DNA from: an uncultured Armatimonadetes bacterium
GTDB lineage: Bacteria; Armatimonadota; UBA5829; DTJY01
Direction: 5' to 3'
DNA length: 64,000 nucleotides
Assembly: GCA_963717145.1 (NCBI GenBank)
Contig: OY970325.1
Span: forward strand, 128,001 to 192,000
How positions within the stretch are numbered: position 1 is the first letter of the stretch; every line of letters starts with the position of its first letter. The translations under genes and the position numbers were made by a program. Below the pieces are notes generated by a model, which searched no databases, was not told the DNA's origin, and saw only the letters and a program-made list of their open reading frames with translations. Below, in pieces: positions 41,559 through 51,573 of this stretch.

Positions 41559-41632
41559 ACATTGTTCAGCCCGCACATCTGAGGTCGGATAGAAGAGTAT
41601 CAAGGTGCGTTTCGCGGGCTCTCTACGCTCAC

Positions 41633-41661
41633 ATTATACCCGAAACCCCGCCTTTCGTCAA
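41633..41661 (-). promoter_or_regulatory. ssrA promoter TTGACG-N17-TATAAT
   Basis: Consensus boxes ~75 bp upstream of the mature 5' end. Confidence 0.7.
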
Positions 41662-41739
41662 TGGATTTGGAGTTCCGAAGCCCGCACATCGTATGGTATA
41701 CTGGGTTGGGATGACATCAGCACACACAGGAGTCCTGCA

Positions 41740-42108
41740 ATGGAAGACTGGGTTCTTGGCAAACCAAAGCCGGTAATGAACGGATTGGCACTCTGGTCGT
41801 ACCGACTGGCAACCTGGCCGCTGGCCGTTGGCGTGACCGCGGTGATCCTCATTTTCCTGGCGACATCGGTGCCCTGGTTGGCGAGCGGCTTGGTTGACGA
41901 CATCTTCCTTTGGGTAGCCATGGCGCTGCTCCTGTATTCATTGGTACTGGCTCCGCTGGGCCTGCTGCTCGGTATTGCCGCCCTGGTTCAGACCGCGCGC
42001 TCTGAGCGATACTGTGGGCGCGAGTATGCGAAGGTCGCGGTGATCGTGGGCCTGATAGTCTGCGCATACGTCATTCTGATGTACGTGGAAGGTTGGCCGA
42101 GGACATGA
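41740..42108 (+). CDS. Small membrane protein (DUF4190-like)
   Basis: TMs with LG..AL.Q....GR..A..A.I.G. Confidence 0.6.
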   Translation: MEDWVLGKPKPVMNGLALWSYRLATWPLAVGVTAVILIFLATSVPWLASGLVDDIFLWVAMALLLYSLVLAPLGLLLGIAALVQTARSERYCGREYAKVAVIVGLIVCAYVILMYVEGWPRT

Positions 42109-42839
42109 ACGAGAGCCGCGAACAGCGTAGCATGTTCAGCGTCCCGGCAGTGTCGTCTCTATGGGCGGCACTTGCCGGCTTCGGCCTGCCGACCGCACTC
42201 CCGTTCGCCATCCACGGGTGGGAACCCGGTTCAGTCGGGATGGTTGCGGTGCTATCTGGTGTGGTCGGCCTCATCCAGGCCCGTCGCAAGCTTATTCGAC
42301 GGAAAGACTCTTACTATGCTGCGGGAGGCGTGATCCTCGGTTGTGTGCTGATCGTCATGTGTGGATACGGTTTCTTCGGCCCTTATGGGCACAGCCCGCG
42401 GAGCGCGTGCTCGAACAACCTGAAGCAGATCGGTATGGCGGTTGAGGTGTACAGAGACAATCACAGCGGCAAGTTTCCGCCGGTCGGAAGCTGGAACAGC
42501 GCCGTGATCAAGTACTCGGACCACAAGAGCATCCTGTACTGTCCCGAAGCCGACAAGTCGATGCCGTCGTATGCTATGAACAGCCGGCTCTCCGGAGTTA
42601 CTATCGACGATGTGGCGGACCCATCGGCGACTGTTCTGGTGTTCGAGTCCATCCCGGGCAAGGACCTCTTCGGCGGGCCGGGGCTTCTCCCATCACCAGC
42701 ACGCCATGGCAGGTCCGGTGATCGCTCCTATGTCGTGCTTTTCTGCGACGGACACGTCAAATCGCTGAACAATGAAGAGATCGGTGGGCTCAACTGGGAC
42801 CCTAAGAAGAAAGGCAAACCTGCTTTGCCAAGGAGTTGA
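42105..42839 (+). CDS. Membrane protein with DUF1559 / H-X9-DG-type domain
   Basis: C.NNLKQIG.A, SYAMN, RHG..LFCDGHVK. Confidence 0.78.
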   Translation: MNESREQRSMFSVPAVSSLWAALAGFGLPTALPFAIHGWEPGSVGMVAVLSGVVGLIQARRKLIRRKDSYYAAGGVILGCVLIVMCGYGFFGPYGHSPRSACSNNLKQIGMAVEVYRDNHSGKFPPVGSWNSAVIKYSDHKSILYCPEADKSMPSYAMNSRLSGVTIDDVADPSATVLVFESIPGKDLFGGPGLLPSPARHGRSGDRSYVVLFCDGHVKSLNNEEIGGLNWDPKKKGKPALPRS

Positions 42840-42841
42840 AA

Positions 42842-43198
42842 ATGACAACCGACCAGATGAGAGCCCCGTGTGGGATCGACTGCTCGACCTGTGCGATACA
42901 CATCGCCGCCCAGGATCCGGCCGCGGCCGAGAAGCTCGCCGCGGAGTGGCGTGCAGGAGGTATGGAGAAAGCCCAAGCCGGCTGGTTCAAGTGCCAGGGA
43001 TGCCGCGGCGACCGAAGCCTCTGCTGGTGTGACGACTGCAAGGTCTACGCCTGCGCCGTCGAGCAGAAGGGACTCGATCTCTGCTCCGAGTGCGAAGAGT
43101 TCCCGTGCCGGCAGTACATCGACTGGATCGGCCCGGATGCGCACCACCAGGCGGCCTTCGAGTGGCTGAAGTCGACATGCCGCCGGGAGAACCAATGA
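42842..43198 (+). CDS. DUF3795-like Cys-rich protein
   Basis: APCGIDC..C, C.GCR, C....CA, CSEC.EFPC. Confidence 0.78.
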   Translation: MTTDQMRAPCGIDCSTCAIHIAAQDPAAAEKLAAEWRAGGMEKAQAGWFKCQGCRGDRSLCWCDDCKVYACAVEQKGLDLCSECEEFPCRQYIDWIGPDAHHQAAFEWLKSTCRRENQ

Positions 43199-43740
43199 GA
43201 GAACGAATCATCATCAAACCGTATGATCCTGAGTGGCCGGAAGTGTTTCGGCAACTCGGCGCATCTCTCCGGACCGCTGTGGGTGACGTCGCCCTGCGGA
43301 TCGATCACATCGGCTCGACGTCCATCCCAGGCATGGATGCCAAGCCGATCATCGACTTGCAGATATCGGTCGCCTCGCTCGATCCGGTGGACCCTTTCCG
43401 GATCCCGCTAGAGACCGTCGGTTTCGAGTGGAGAGCGGACAACCCTGAGCTGACGAAACGCTATTTCCGCGAGAGACCGGGAACGCGCCGGACGCATATC
43501 CACGTAAGGAAGCATGGGAGTTTCTCCCAGCAATTCCCGCTGCTCTTCCGTGACTACCTGCGCGCTCATCCGGACGAAGTGCGACCATACGCCGAGATGA
43601 AGTACCGACTCGCAGAACAATATGGCGAAGACCGGGAAGGCTACACCATCGCAAAGGGTGATTTCGTGTGGGCGGTCATCCGGAAGGCCGACGAGTGGGC
43701 GCAGGACATCGGCTGGGAGCCGGGTCCTTCGGATGCATAG
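43195..43740 (+). CDS. GrpB/UPF0157 family protein
   Basis: DHIGSTSIPG.DAKPIID, HIHV, FRDYLR. Confidence 0.88.
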   Translation: MRERIIIKPYDPEWPEVFRQLGASLRTAVGDVALRIDHIGSTSIPGMDAKPIIDLQISVASLDPVDPFRIPLETVGFEWRADNPELTKRYFRERPGTRRTHIHVRKHGSFSQQFPLLFRDYLRAHPDEVRPYAEMKYRLAEQYGEDREGYTIAKGDFVWAVIRKADEWAQDIGWEPGPSDA

Positions 43741-43752
43741 TAAGGAGAGATC

Positions 43753-44718
43753 ATGACTAACATATACCTGCTCTGTCTTGTTTTGCTCGCATCGGCGGCG
43801 GTGGCACAGGATGCCCCGAAGCCGCCGAAGCCTGTTCTGCCTCCCGCGCCTGAGGGCGTCATCATCCGGCAGGACGTGCCGTATCTCGCGCCTGGTCGAG
43901 ACGAGAAGCTCGACCTCTACCTTCCTGCCGACCGCCCGAAGGATGCCCGCTCGCCGGCGGTCGTCATGATCCACGGCGGAGGATGGGTCGGTGGCGACAA
44001 GGCCGAAGGGCGCGGGTACAACATATGCGCGACTCTGGCGCTGGCGGGATACGTCTGTGTGAGCGTCAACTATACCCTCGAACGCGGGAAGTGTTGGCCG
44101 CTCAACCTCTACGACTGCAAGAATGCCGTGCGCTGGCTTCGTGTCAATGCCGACAAGTATGGGATCGATGCCGACCACATCGGAGTCATCGGCGGATCCG
44201 CGGGAGGCCATCTTGCGCTCATGGTGGCCTACACGAACCACGTGCCGTTCCTCGAACCGGCGTCTCCGTATCCGCTCGTGTCCGACAAGGTCCAGTGCGT
44301 CGTCGATATGTATGGCATCACGAATCTGCTTACCCGCCAGAGGATCGATGAACAGGGCAACCCGACCGGTGTGACCTTCACCAGTCAGGCTCTGATGACG
44401 AAGACGCGCGATGAGGACCCGGAAGCATGGAAGCTCGCCTCTCCGACGTACCATGTGTCGAAGCGGAACTGCCCTCCGACTCTCATTCTTCACGGCACGG
44501 CCGATGCGACCGTCGACCGCGATCAGGCCACCGAACTGGCGAAGAAACTGGAGGAGTGTGGTGTCGAGCACCAACTCATGATGATCGAGGGAGTCGGCCA
44601 TACCTTCGACCTCCAGACCTGGGCGAGGAAGCCGCTGCCGAACGACCTTCGCCCGATTGTGACTGCCTTCTTCGACAAGCACCTGAAGAGGCAGTCAGCG
44701 GCGACCGATGAACAGTAG
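43753..44718 (+). CDS. Secreted alpha/beta hydrolase (esterase)
   Basis: HGGGW, GGSAGG, HG..D..V, GH. Confidence 0.9.
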   Translation: MTNIYLLCLVLLASAAVAQDAPKPPKPVLPPAPEGVIIRQDVPYLAPGRDEKLDLYLPADRPKDARSPAVVMIHGGGWVGGDKAEGRGYNICATLALAGYVCVSVNYTLERGKCWPLNLYDCKNAVRWLRVNADKYGIDADHIGVIGGSAGGHLALMVAYTNHVPFLEPASPYPLVSDKVQCVVDMYGITNLLTRQRIDEQGNPTGVTFTSQALMTKTRDEDPEAWKLASPTYHVSKRNCPPTLILHGTADATVDRDQATELAKKLEECGVEHQLMMIEGVGHTFDLQTWARKPLPNDLRPIVTAFFDKHLKRQSAATDEQ

Positions 44719-45586
44719 TGATATGGAAGAATACGCACAGACCGCAACGGAAGAGATAGCGGACGAGCAGACGGCAACCGAGGAGGCTGAGATCGAGCAT
44801 CGGAAGCCGAAGCTGGAGAGCAGGCTCGGCGGACTCGGCGTGCTCCTGGTACTCCTGTTCAAGTTCAAGGGCATCATCCTGCTCGTGCTGGCAAAGGCCA
44901 AGTTCCTGCTCATCCCGCTGAAGTACCTGAAGGTCGGCCAAGTCTTCACCACGATGGGCAGCATGCTCGTCAGCGTCGCGGTCGATGCCATGCTCTGGGG
45001 CTGGTGGTTCGCGGCCGGATTCGTCGCGCTGCTGTTTGTGCACGAGATGGGCCATGTGGTCGCTCTCCGGGCGAAAGGGATCAAGGCAAGCGCGCCGATA
45101 TTCATCCCCTTCATGGGTGCGGTGATTGGCCTGAAGGAGATGCCTCACGACGCTAAGTCGGAGGCCGAGGTCGGGATCGCCGGGCCGCTGCTGGGGACGC
45201 TCGGGGCGTTTGTCTGTCTGCAGATCGGACATCTGACGGGCATGCAGTTGCTCGTCCGGCTCGCGTACGTCGGCTTCTTCCTGAACCTCTTCAACCTGCT
45301 TCCGGTTCTCCCGCTCGACGGCGGTCGGGTGATGGCGGCCATATCGCCGAAGGTCTGGCTCGCGGGGATGGTGCTCGCGGTGCTGCTCTTCATCTGGAGT
45401 CACAGCCCGATCTTTCTGATACTGGTCGTCATGTCCGTTGGCCGGATGTGGCACACGATCAGGTCGAAGCCCGAAGACCTCGATTACTACAATGTCCCCC
45501 GCGAAGTCAGAATCCGCATGACACTCCTCTATTTCGGCCTCGCCGCGTACCTCGGTGTGATGCTCATGCAGCTTCGGCATCCGTAG
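44708..45586 (+). CDS. Site-2 protease (M50)
   Basis: HEMGH, AGP, NLLP.LPLDGG. Confidence 0.9.
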   Translation: MNSSDMEEYAQTATEEIADEQTATEEAEIEHRKPKLESRLGGLGVLLVLLFKFKGIILLVLAKAKFLLIPLKYLKVGQVFTTMGSMLVSVAVDAMLWGWWFAAGFVALLFVHEMGHVVALRAKGIKASAPIFIPFMGAVIGLKEMPHDAKSEAEVGIAGPLLGTLGAFVCLQIGHLTGMQLLVRLAYVGFFLNLFNLLPVLPLDGGRVMAAISPKVWLAGMVLAVLLFIWSHSPIFLILVVMSVGRMWHTIRSKPEDLDYYNVPREVRIRMTLLYFGLAAYLGVMLMQLRHP

Positions 45587-45640
45587 GCCGTCAGTCGGTT
45601 TTGTGGTAGAATGAAGCATCAAGTGACATAGGGAGTCATC

Positions 45641-46102
45641 GTGAGACGTACTGAGCGAGTATATGTCGATACATCGGTGTTCGGCGGAGTCTTTGACGAG
45701 GAGTTCGCCAAGCCGAGCAGGGCGTTCTTCGATATGGTTCGGGCGGGGCGCGTCGAACTGGTTGTGTCGGCGCTCGTCGAAGATGAGGTGACTCGGGCTC
45801 CTTCCGAGGTTAGCGGATTGCTTGATGAGATGCTGTCCCTCGCCGATGTAGTAACTCCTACCGATGAAGCAGTATCACTCATGCAGGCTTACATTGCCGC
45901 TGACGTGCTGTCCGGACGATGGCAGGATGACGCTCTTCATGTGGCGCTGGCTACAGTGTCGGGTTGCACACTAATCGTGAGCTGGAACTTCAGGCATATC
46001 GTGAACTACCGAAGAATCCCGAAGTACAATGCAGTGAACGCACTGAACGGCTATGCAGCCATAGCGATCCATTCTCCGTTGGAGGTGACGGGTGATGAAT
46101 AA
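45641..46102 (+). CDS. PIN-domain protein
   Basis: YVDTSV, DALHVA.A, SWNFRHIVN. Confidence 0.85.
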   Translation: MRRTERVYVDTSVFGGVFDEEFAKPSRAFFDMVRAGRVELVVSALVEDEVTRAPSEVSGLLDEMLSLADVVTPTDEAVSLMQAYIAADVLSGRWQDDALHVALATVSGCTLIVSWNFRHIVNYRRIPKYNAVNALNGYAAIAIHSPLEVTGDE

Positions 46103-46271
46103 GCCGAAAAAGAAGTTTGATTGCGTGGAGATGATGCACCAAGGCGCAGAGTATGTGCGGGAACAGACCAAGAGCATGTCGCCGGAACAGGAGTTGGAGT
46201 ACTGGCGTAAGAGGACGGAAGAGCTGTTGGCACGGAAACAAGGGCTCTCCAAGGTCCGCAAGGCCTCGTGA
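46095..46271 (+). CDS. Small 58-aa protein (MNKPKKKFDCVEM...), putative PIN partner; not in the ORF track
   Basis: GGAGG RBS, overlaps the PIN stop and the next start. Confidence 0.65.
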   Translation: MNKPKKKFDCVEMMHQGAEYVREQTKSMSPEQELEYWRKRTEELLARKQGLSKVRKAS

Positions 46272-46612
46272 TGGACAAGTACGGCTGGGCTACGCGTGAC
46301 TGGGACAACTATGATTGGGACAGCATGTCACCCGAGGAACTTGAGGCATACCGAAATATGCCTCCGGGGGAAAAGCTTCGCCTTGCTATGCAGGTGAGCG
46401 AAGCTGCCCGAGAGCGAATGAAGGCGGACATCCGTGCAGAGAATCCCGACTTCACCGAGGAAGAGGTGTTCAAGGAGTTCATACGACGCACCCTTCCGGC
46501 AGATCTCGTCAAGAAGGTCTACGGTTGGGAAGGATATCCGAGCGACAAGGAAGACGAGAGGGAGACGTGCAGGAAGCTACGTGAGCAACTCAATCGTACC
46601 GTGGACAAGTGA
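46271..46612 (+). CDS. Hypothetical protein, antitoxin-like
   Basis: Translationally coupled; M.P.EKLRLA..IRA.NP...EEEV. Confidence 0.55.
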   Translation: MDKYGWATRDWDNYDWDSMSPEELEAYRNMPPGEKLRLAMQVSEAARERMKADIRAENPDFTEEEVFKEFIRRTLPADLVKKVYGWEGYPSDKEDERETCRKLREQLNRTVDK

Positions 46613-48059
46613 ATACGAAGATTACCTCCGCGATGAGTCGCGGCGGGTGGGGAGCGCCGACTCGATCTCGTTCCCGACGAGCGAGGCCGATGTCGTCGAG
46701 ATCGTGAAGGCGGTGAGCGAGCGGCGCGGGAAGATCACCGTTCAAGGCGCTCGGACCGGCATCGTGGCCGGCGCGGTCCCCCAGGGCGGTCACATCCTCA
46801 ACCTCAGCCGCATGAACAAGATTGGCGATGTGAACGGCGACTCCATCACAGTGCAACCCGGCGCGATCCTCGACAACATCCGCGAGGCGATCGAGAAAGA
46901 AGGGCTCTTCTTCCCTCCGGATCCCACGGAGTCCACGGCATCGATCGGCGGGATGGTCGCGTGCAACGCATCCGGCGCGCTCAGCTTTCACTACGGATCG
47001 ACCCGCAACTGGGTGCAGTCCCTCCGTATGGTGCTCAGCGACGGCGACATCATCGGTCTCCGCAGAGGCGAGTGCTCGGCGCGGGGGCGATCGTTCTGCC
47101 TGACGACTGAAGGCGGCCGGACCATCAGCGGCGACCTTCCGACATACGCCGTTCCCAGCGTCAAGTCCGCGGCGGGCTACTACGTCGCTCAGGACATGGA
47201 CATGCTCGATTTGCTGATCGGCATGGAGGGCACGCTCGGCATCATCACCGAGATCGAGTTGAGGCTGATCCCCAGGCCCGGCGCGATCAACGGACTGACC
47301 GTCTTCCTGCCCGATGAGGACTCGGCGTTGAAGCTCGTCCGAATCCTACGCGAGGAGTCAAACCCGGTCGCCATCGAGTTCTTCGACCACGATGCTCTCG
47401 ATCTGCTTCGGCGGATGAAGACCGAGTCATCGGCGTTCGAGAAGATCCCGGCGCTCAAGCCGGAGTTCCATACGGCCATCTACGCCGAGTTCCATGCCGA
47501 CACCGACGAGGAGATCGAGGAGCCGATCATGGCGATCATGGAGGCGATCATCGAGCTTGGTGGCAGCGACGAAGACACCTGGTACGCGACCAACGACCGC
47601 GAACTCGAGCCGCTCAAGGCGTTCCGTCATGCGACTCCCGAGGCGGTCAACCTGCTGATCGACCAGCGCAAGCGTGACTGCCCCGAACTGACCAAGCTCG
47701 GGACCGACATGTCCGTTCCCGACGCCCACATGGAGTCGGTCATCGCCATGTACGACGCCGATCTTGCGGAGAACGGGCTGGAGTCGGTGATGTTCGGGCA
47801 TATCGGAAACAATCACGTCCACGTGAACATCCTGCCCAGGAGCATGGACGAATACGACACGGGCAAGGCGCTCTACCTCGCATGGGCTGAGCGGATCGTG
47901 GGGTGGGGCGGATCGGTCTCCGCGGAACACGGGATCGGCAAGATCAAGGTCCCGTTCCTCCGCATGATGTACGGTGACGATGCCATCGCCGAGATGCGCG
48001 CCCTCAGGTCCCTCTTCGACCCCGATGCGATCCTCAATCCCGGCGACCTCTTTCCGTAG
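46581..48059 (+). CDS. FAD-binding oxidoreductase (GlcD / D-lactate dehydrogenase-like)
   Basis: FPPDP..ASIGG..NASG, G.EGTLG, FGHIGN.HVH, SAEHGIG, LNPG. Confidence 0.9.
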   Translation: MSNSIVPWTSEYEDYLRDESRRVGSADSISFPTSEADVVEIVKAVSERRGKITVQGARTGIVAGAVPQGGHILNLSRMNKIGDVNGDSITVQPGAILDNIREAIEKEGLFFPPDPTESTASIGGMVACNASGALSFHYGSTRNWVQSLRMVLSDGDIIGLRRGECSARGRSFCLTTEGGRTISGDLPTYAVPSVKSAAGYYVAQDMDMLDLLIGMEGTLGIITEIELRLIPRPGAINGLTVFLPDEDSALKLVRILREESNPVAIEFFDHDALDLLRRMKTESSAFEKIPALKPEFHTAIYAEFHADTDEEIEEPIMAIMEAIIELGGSDEDTWYATNDRELEPLKAFRHATPEAVNLLIDQRKRDCPELTKLGTDMSVPDAHMESVIAMYDADLAENGLESVMFGHIGNNHVHVNILPRSMDEYDTGKALYLAWAERIVGWGGSVSAEHGIGKIKVPFLRMMYGDDAIAEMRALRSLFDPDAILNPGDLFP

Positions 48060-48143
48060 GGGAGGGCTTCAACGCCCTCCCGCCGCGTCGGCGGGGAACT
48101 TGTCCGACCCCCATGCGTAGTAAGATTGGTGGAGGCACAAGCA

Positions 48144-48588
48144 ATGAGCGACACCGATCCCTGGGTATTCCTTCCTGAGCGCGAGCCCGTTCCCGAGACA
48201 CCGCCCCAGACTACCCGTGAGGTCATCCGCTGGTGGGAGCGCCGCAGGCTTTTCTACAATCTGGTCGTTCTCTCGCTGATGGCTCTCTTCTTCGGTGCCC
48301 ACGCGCTGGCCTATCCTTTGCACGCCAAACATGCAGGTGAGATGTCTCGAATGGAACCTGGCCATTCTATTCACGGGCATGTACACAGTGGTATGCCTCA
48401 TCGCGGCGAACATCGGCTATACGTTCGGGTGGATTGCGGAAGTCACGCTGCGGCTAGTGCTCAAGTACAGGGCTCCTCGGTTCGGACCTGTCGCTTTCAA
48501 GGTGGGCGTCATCGCTTCCACCGTGCCCACTCTGATCTACCTTGTCTTCCACATCTCATGGTGGCTGAGTGTCGGTCCAAGACACTGA
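48144..48588 (+). CDS. Membrane hypothetical protein with a frameshift
   Basis: I.WWE.RR..YN, then ANI.YT.GW.E in another frame. Confidence 0.55.
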
Positions 48589-48660
48589 GTCCGATGCTTC
48601 ACTAGTTCATGTTGAACCCATCATCCTCCATGCGGTAGAATGTCCTCCTGGAGGAAGCTG

Positions 48661-49683
48661 ATGGAGACAACCCGCCTCGGACGCACCGGCTTGACGGTTA
48701 CGCGCACCTCGTTCGGCGCTTTGCCACTCCAGCGCTGTGACATAGACGAGGCCGCCCGGATCCTCCGCCGAGCGTACGACGCCGGCATCAACTTCTTCGA
48801 CACCGCGAGGGGCTACTCCGACAGCGAGGAGAAGATCGGCCATGCGCTCTCCGACGTCCGCGACTCGATTATCCTCGCCACCAAGAGCGGCGCGACCACC
48901 AGGTCGGCCCTCCTTGAGCAGCTCAATACCAGCTTGACCAACCTGCGCACCGACTACGTCGACCTCCTGCAGCTTCACAATCCGGGCGCGCTGCCCGACC
49001 CGGACGATCCCGACTCGTCCTACGCCGGGCTGCTCATCGCGAAGAAGGCCGGGAAGGTCCGGCACATCGGCATCACGAACCACCGCCGGGATATCGCCCT
49101 CGCCGCCGTCGATTCGGGCCTCTACGAGACGCTCCAGTACCCCATGTGCCACCTGTCGTCGCCGGAGGATGTCGACTTGGTCGATCGCTGCAACTCGGCG
49201 GACATGGGGTTCATCGCGATGAAGGCGCTCTCCGGCGGGCTGATCACGAACGCTCGGGCGGCGTTTGCTTTCTTTCGCCAGTACGAGCACGCCGTCCCGA
49301 TCTGGGGCATGCAGCGCATGTCCGAGCTGGAGGAGTTCATCGCCCTGGAGGCGAACCCGCCGTCCCTGGAGGAGATGTGGCCGGTGATCGAGCAGGACCG
49401 CCGTGACCTCGCCGGCGACTTCTGCCGGGGGTGCGGATACTGCATGCCGTGCCCGCAGGAGATCCCGATCTCGATGGCCGCGAGGATGAGCCTGCTCCTC
49501 CGTCGAATGCCTTACCAGGGCTTCATGACGGACCGGTGGCATGAGCAGATGCACCGGATCGAGAGTTGCACGGAATGCGGTCACTGCCGGGAGCACTGCC
49601 CATATGGCCTCGACACGCCGGCCCTGCTCCGGAAGCAGTTGGTCGACTACGAGGTCTTCTATCAAGAACACGCAAACACGTAG
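48661..49683 (+). CDS. Aldo/keto reductase with C-terminal 4Fe-4S dicluster
   Basis: DTARGY..SE, LATK, D...LH, CxxCxxCxPCP, CxxCxxCxxxCP. Confidence 0.92.
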   Translation: METTRLGRTGLTVTRTSFGALPLQRCDIDEAARILRRAYDAGINFFDTARGYSDSEEKIGHALSDVRDSIILATKSGATTRSALLEQLNTSLTNLRTDYVDLLQLHNPGALPDPDDPDSSYAGLLIAKKAGKVRHIGITNHRRDIALAAVDSGLYETLQYPMCHLSSPEDVDLVDRCNSADMGFIAMKALSGGLITNARAAFAFFRQYEHAVPIWGMQRMSELEEFIALEANPPSLEEMWPVIEQDRRDLAGDFCRGCGYCMPCPQEIPISMAARMSLLLRRMPYQGFMTDRWHEQMHRIESCTECGHCREHCPYGLDTPALLRKQLVDYEVFYQEHANT

Positions 49684-49848
49684 GGGCGAAGCATTGGCCC
49701 ATCGGATTGCACCGAGCTTGCGGACCTTATCGCCTGTGCTTCGCCCGCTTCTTGAGTGATCTTGCCTCGAATTAGTGGGCACCGGATAATAAGAGATGAG
49801 GTGACCCAAGATGAAGAGGCAGTATTCAGAAAGCTTCAAGGCGGAGGC

Positions 49849-51325
49849 GTAAGAGTTCACGATCATTGATAGTCTGAGCAGGAACCTTGGAGCGGACTGT
49901 CGAATGGCAGGTTGTGAACGATCTCGGCAACCTATCAAGAGAAGAACTGATCGGCATCGTCCTGGAGCAGCACCAGGCCGTCCTGGAATTGCGTGAAGGC
50001 GTGGACACCCTCACCGAACGCGTCCGAGCGCTTGAGAAGGAGAATGAAGAACTCCGGTCCAAGCTCGGTGGCGGCGGCAGGACGATACCTGCCTTTGTGA
50101 AGGCAAACCGGCCCGAGCGCAAGAAGAAGGATCGCAAGAAGCGGCAGAAGTCGTTTGCACGGCTGAGGGAGACTCCGACTGAGATCGTGGATCACGCGCT
50201 CGACACCTGTCCCGACTGCGGAAGGAAGCTCTCCGGCGGCACGGTGCATCACAGCCGGCAGGTGATCGAGATACCGGTGATGCCGGTCAGGATCATCGAG
50301 CACCTGGTGATCGGACGGTACTGCGGAGTCTGCCACAAGATACACGTGCCGAAGCTCGACCTCTCCGAAGAGGTGGTCGGGACACACCGGGTGGGCATCC
50401 GGCTGATGAGCCTGGTGAGCTATCTCCACACGGTCGGTAGAATGCCGGTCGAGCGTGTGCAGAAGCTTCTGGAATCACTCTACGGTCTGCATCTCGGGCT
50501 CGGAGAGATCGCGAAGATACTCCAGAAGGTGGCCTCCATGGGCAAGCCGGAGGTAGAGAAACTTCTGCAAGCAGTCAGAGGAAGCCCTACGGTGAACGCG
50601 GATGAGACCGGCTGGCGGGAAGATGGGAAGAACGGATACATCTGGAGCTTCACGACGCCACGCGTGCGCTACTTCGTCCGAAACAAGAGTCGGAGCGGCC
50701 AGGTCGCAAAAGACGTGCTGGGAGAGGACTACGAGGGTGTAGTCGTAAGCGACTTCTACTGCGGCTACAACGTGCTGCTCGGTTGGCATCAGCGGTGTTG
50801 GGTGCACTACCTGCGGGACTTGCGAACGCTCGTCGAGGCGAACCCTGACAAGAGAGGGGTAGCAGTCTGGGCCGGCAAGGTCAAGGCCGTTTACAGGCGC
50901 GCGAAGGCATTTTCGGGCGATGATTCGAAGGCCCGGCAGAAGCGGCGAATCGCATTCGAGGACGAGTTGCTTCGACTCGCCAGACCATATGTGAAGCGGG
51001 ATGTTCCGCAGAGGATACTCGCTGAGCGGATCGAGAGATTCCTGCCGGAGCTGTTTGTCTTCGTAGAATGTCCGGAAGTACCAAGCGAGAACAATGCGGC
51101 CGAGCGAGCGATCCGGCCTGCGGTAACAGCTCGCAAGATCAGCGGCGGCACACGATCGGCCAAGGGATCTGAGACCCGCATGGCGCTGATGAGTCTATTC
51201 GGAACCTGGCACTTGCGTGGTGAAGATGCGATGGAGTCATGTCGGCGAATGCTCGCGGGCGTTCCTCAGACACTCGCGACCGATCCAGCCTGACAACTTC
51301 ACTATCAACGATCGTGAACTCTTAC
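49849..51325 (+). mobile_element. Single-ORF IS66-family element (ISBst12-like)
   Basis: GTAAGAGTTCACGATC...GATCGTGAACTCTTAC IRs; 8-bp duplication GCGGAGGC. Confidence 0.92.
49887..51293 (+). CDS. IS66-family transposase
   Basis: Coiled coil, CPDCG, ADETGW, SDFY, QRCW.H..R, NN.AERAIR. Confidence 0.92.
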   Translation: MERTVEWQVVNDLGNLSREELIGIVLEQHQAVLELREGVDTLTERVRALEKENEELRSKLGGGGRTIPAFVKANRPERKKKDRKKRQKSFARLRETPTEIVDHALDTCPDCGRKLSGGTVHHSRQVIEIPVMPVRIIEHLVIGRYCGVCHKIHVPKLDLSEEVVGTHRVGIRLMSLVSYLHTVGRMPVERVQKLLESLYGLHLGLGEIAKILQKVASMGKPEVEKLLQAVRGSPTVNADETGWREDGKNGYIWSFTTPRVRYFVRNKSRSGQVAKDVLGEDYEGVVVSDFYCGYNVLLGWHQRCWVHYLRDLRTLVEANPDKRGVAVWAGKVKAVYRRAKAFSGDDSKARQKRRIAFEDELLRLARPYVKRDVPQRILAERIERFLPELFVFVECPEVPSENNAAERAIRPAVTARKISGGTRSAKGSETRMALMSLFGTWHLRGEDAMESCRRMLAGVPQTLATDPA

Positions 51326-51573
51326 GCGGAGGCGGTGAAGTTGGCTTTTTCCGGCAGGGCGAGCAAAGCTCGGATCGCAAAGGAACTGGGAGTCAACATC
51401 AACAGCCTGGACGCCTGGATCAGGAAGTACAAGGAGAGCCTGGGAGAGATCGATCCCAGGAAGAGAGAGTCCCTTGAGGACGAAGTGAAGCGTCTCCGCA
51501 AGGAGAACGATCTCCTCCGAGAGGAGAGAGACATATTAAAAAAAGCGGCGGCGTACTTTGCGAGGGAGCAGCA

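Noticed and set aside
48127-48136. TGGTGGAGGC matching the tmRNA 3' end
   Set aside because: On the wrong side of ssrA, lacks the conserved ~53-bp tail, and is explained as the RBS of the 48144 gene
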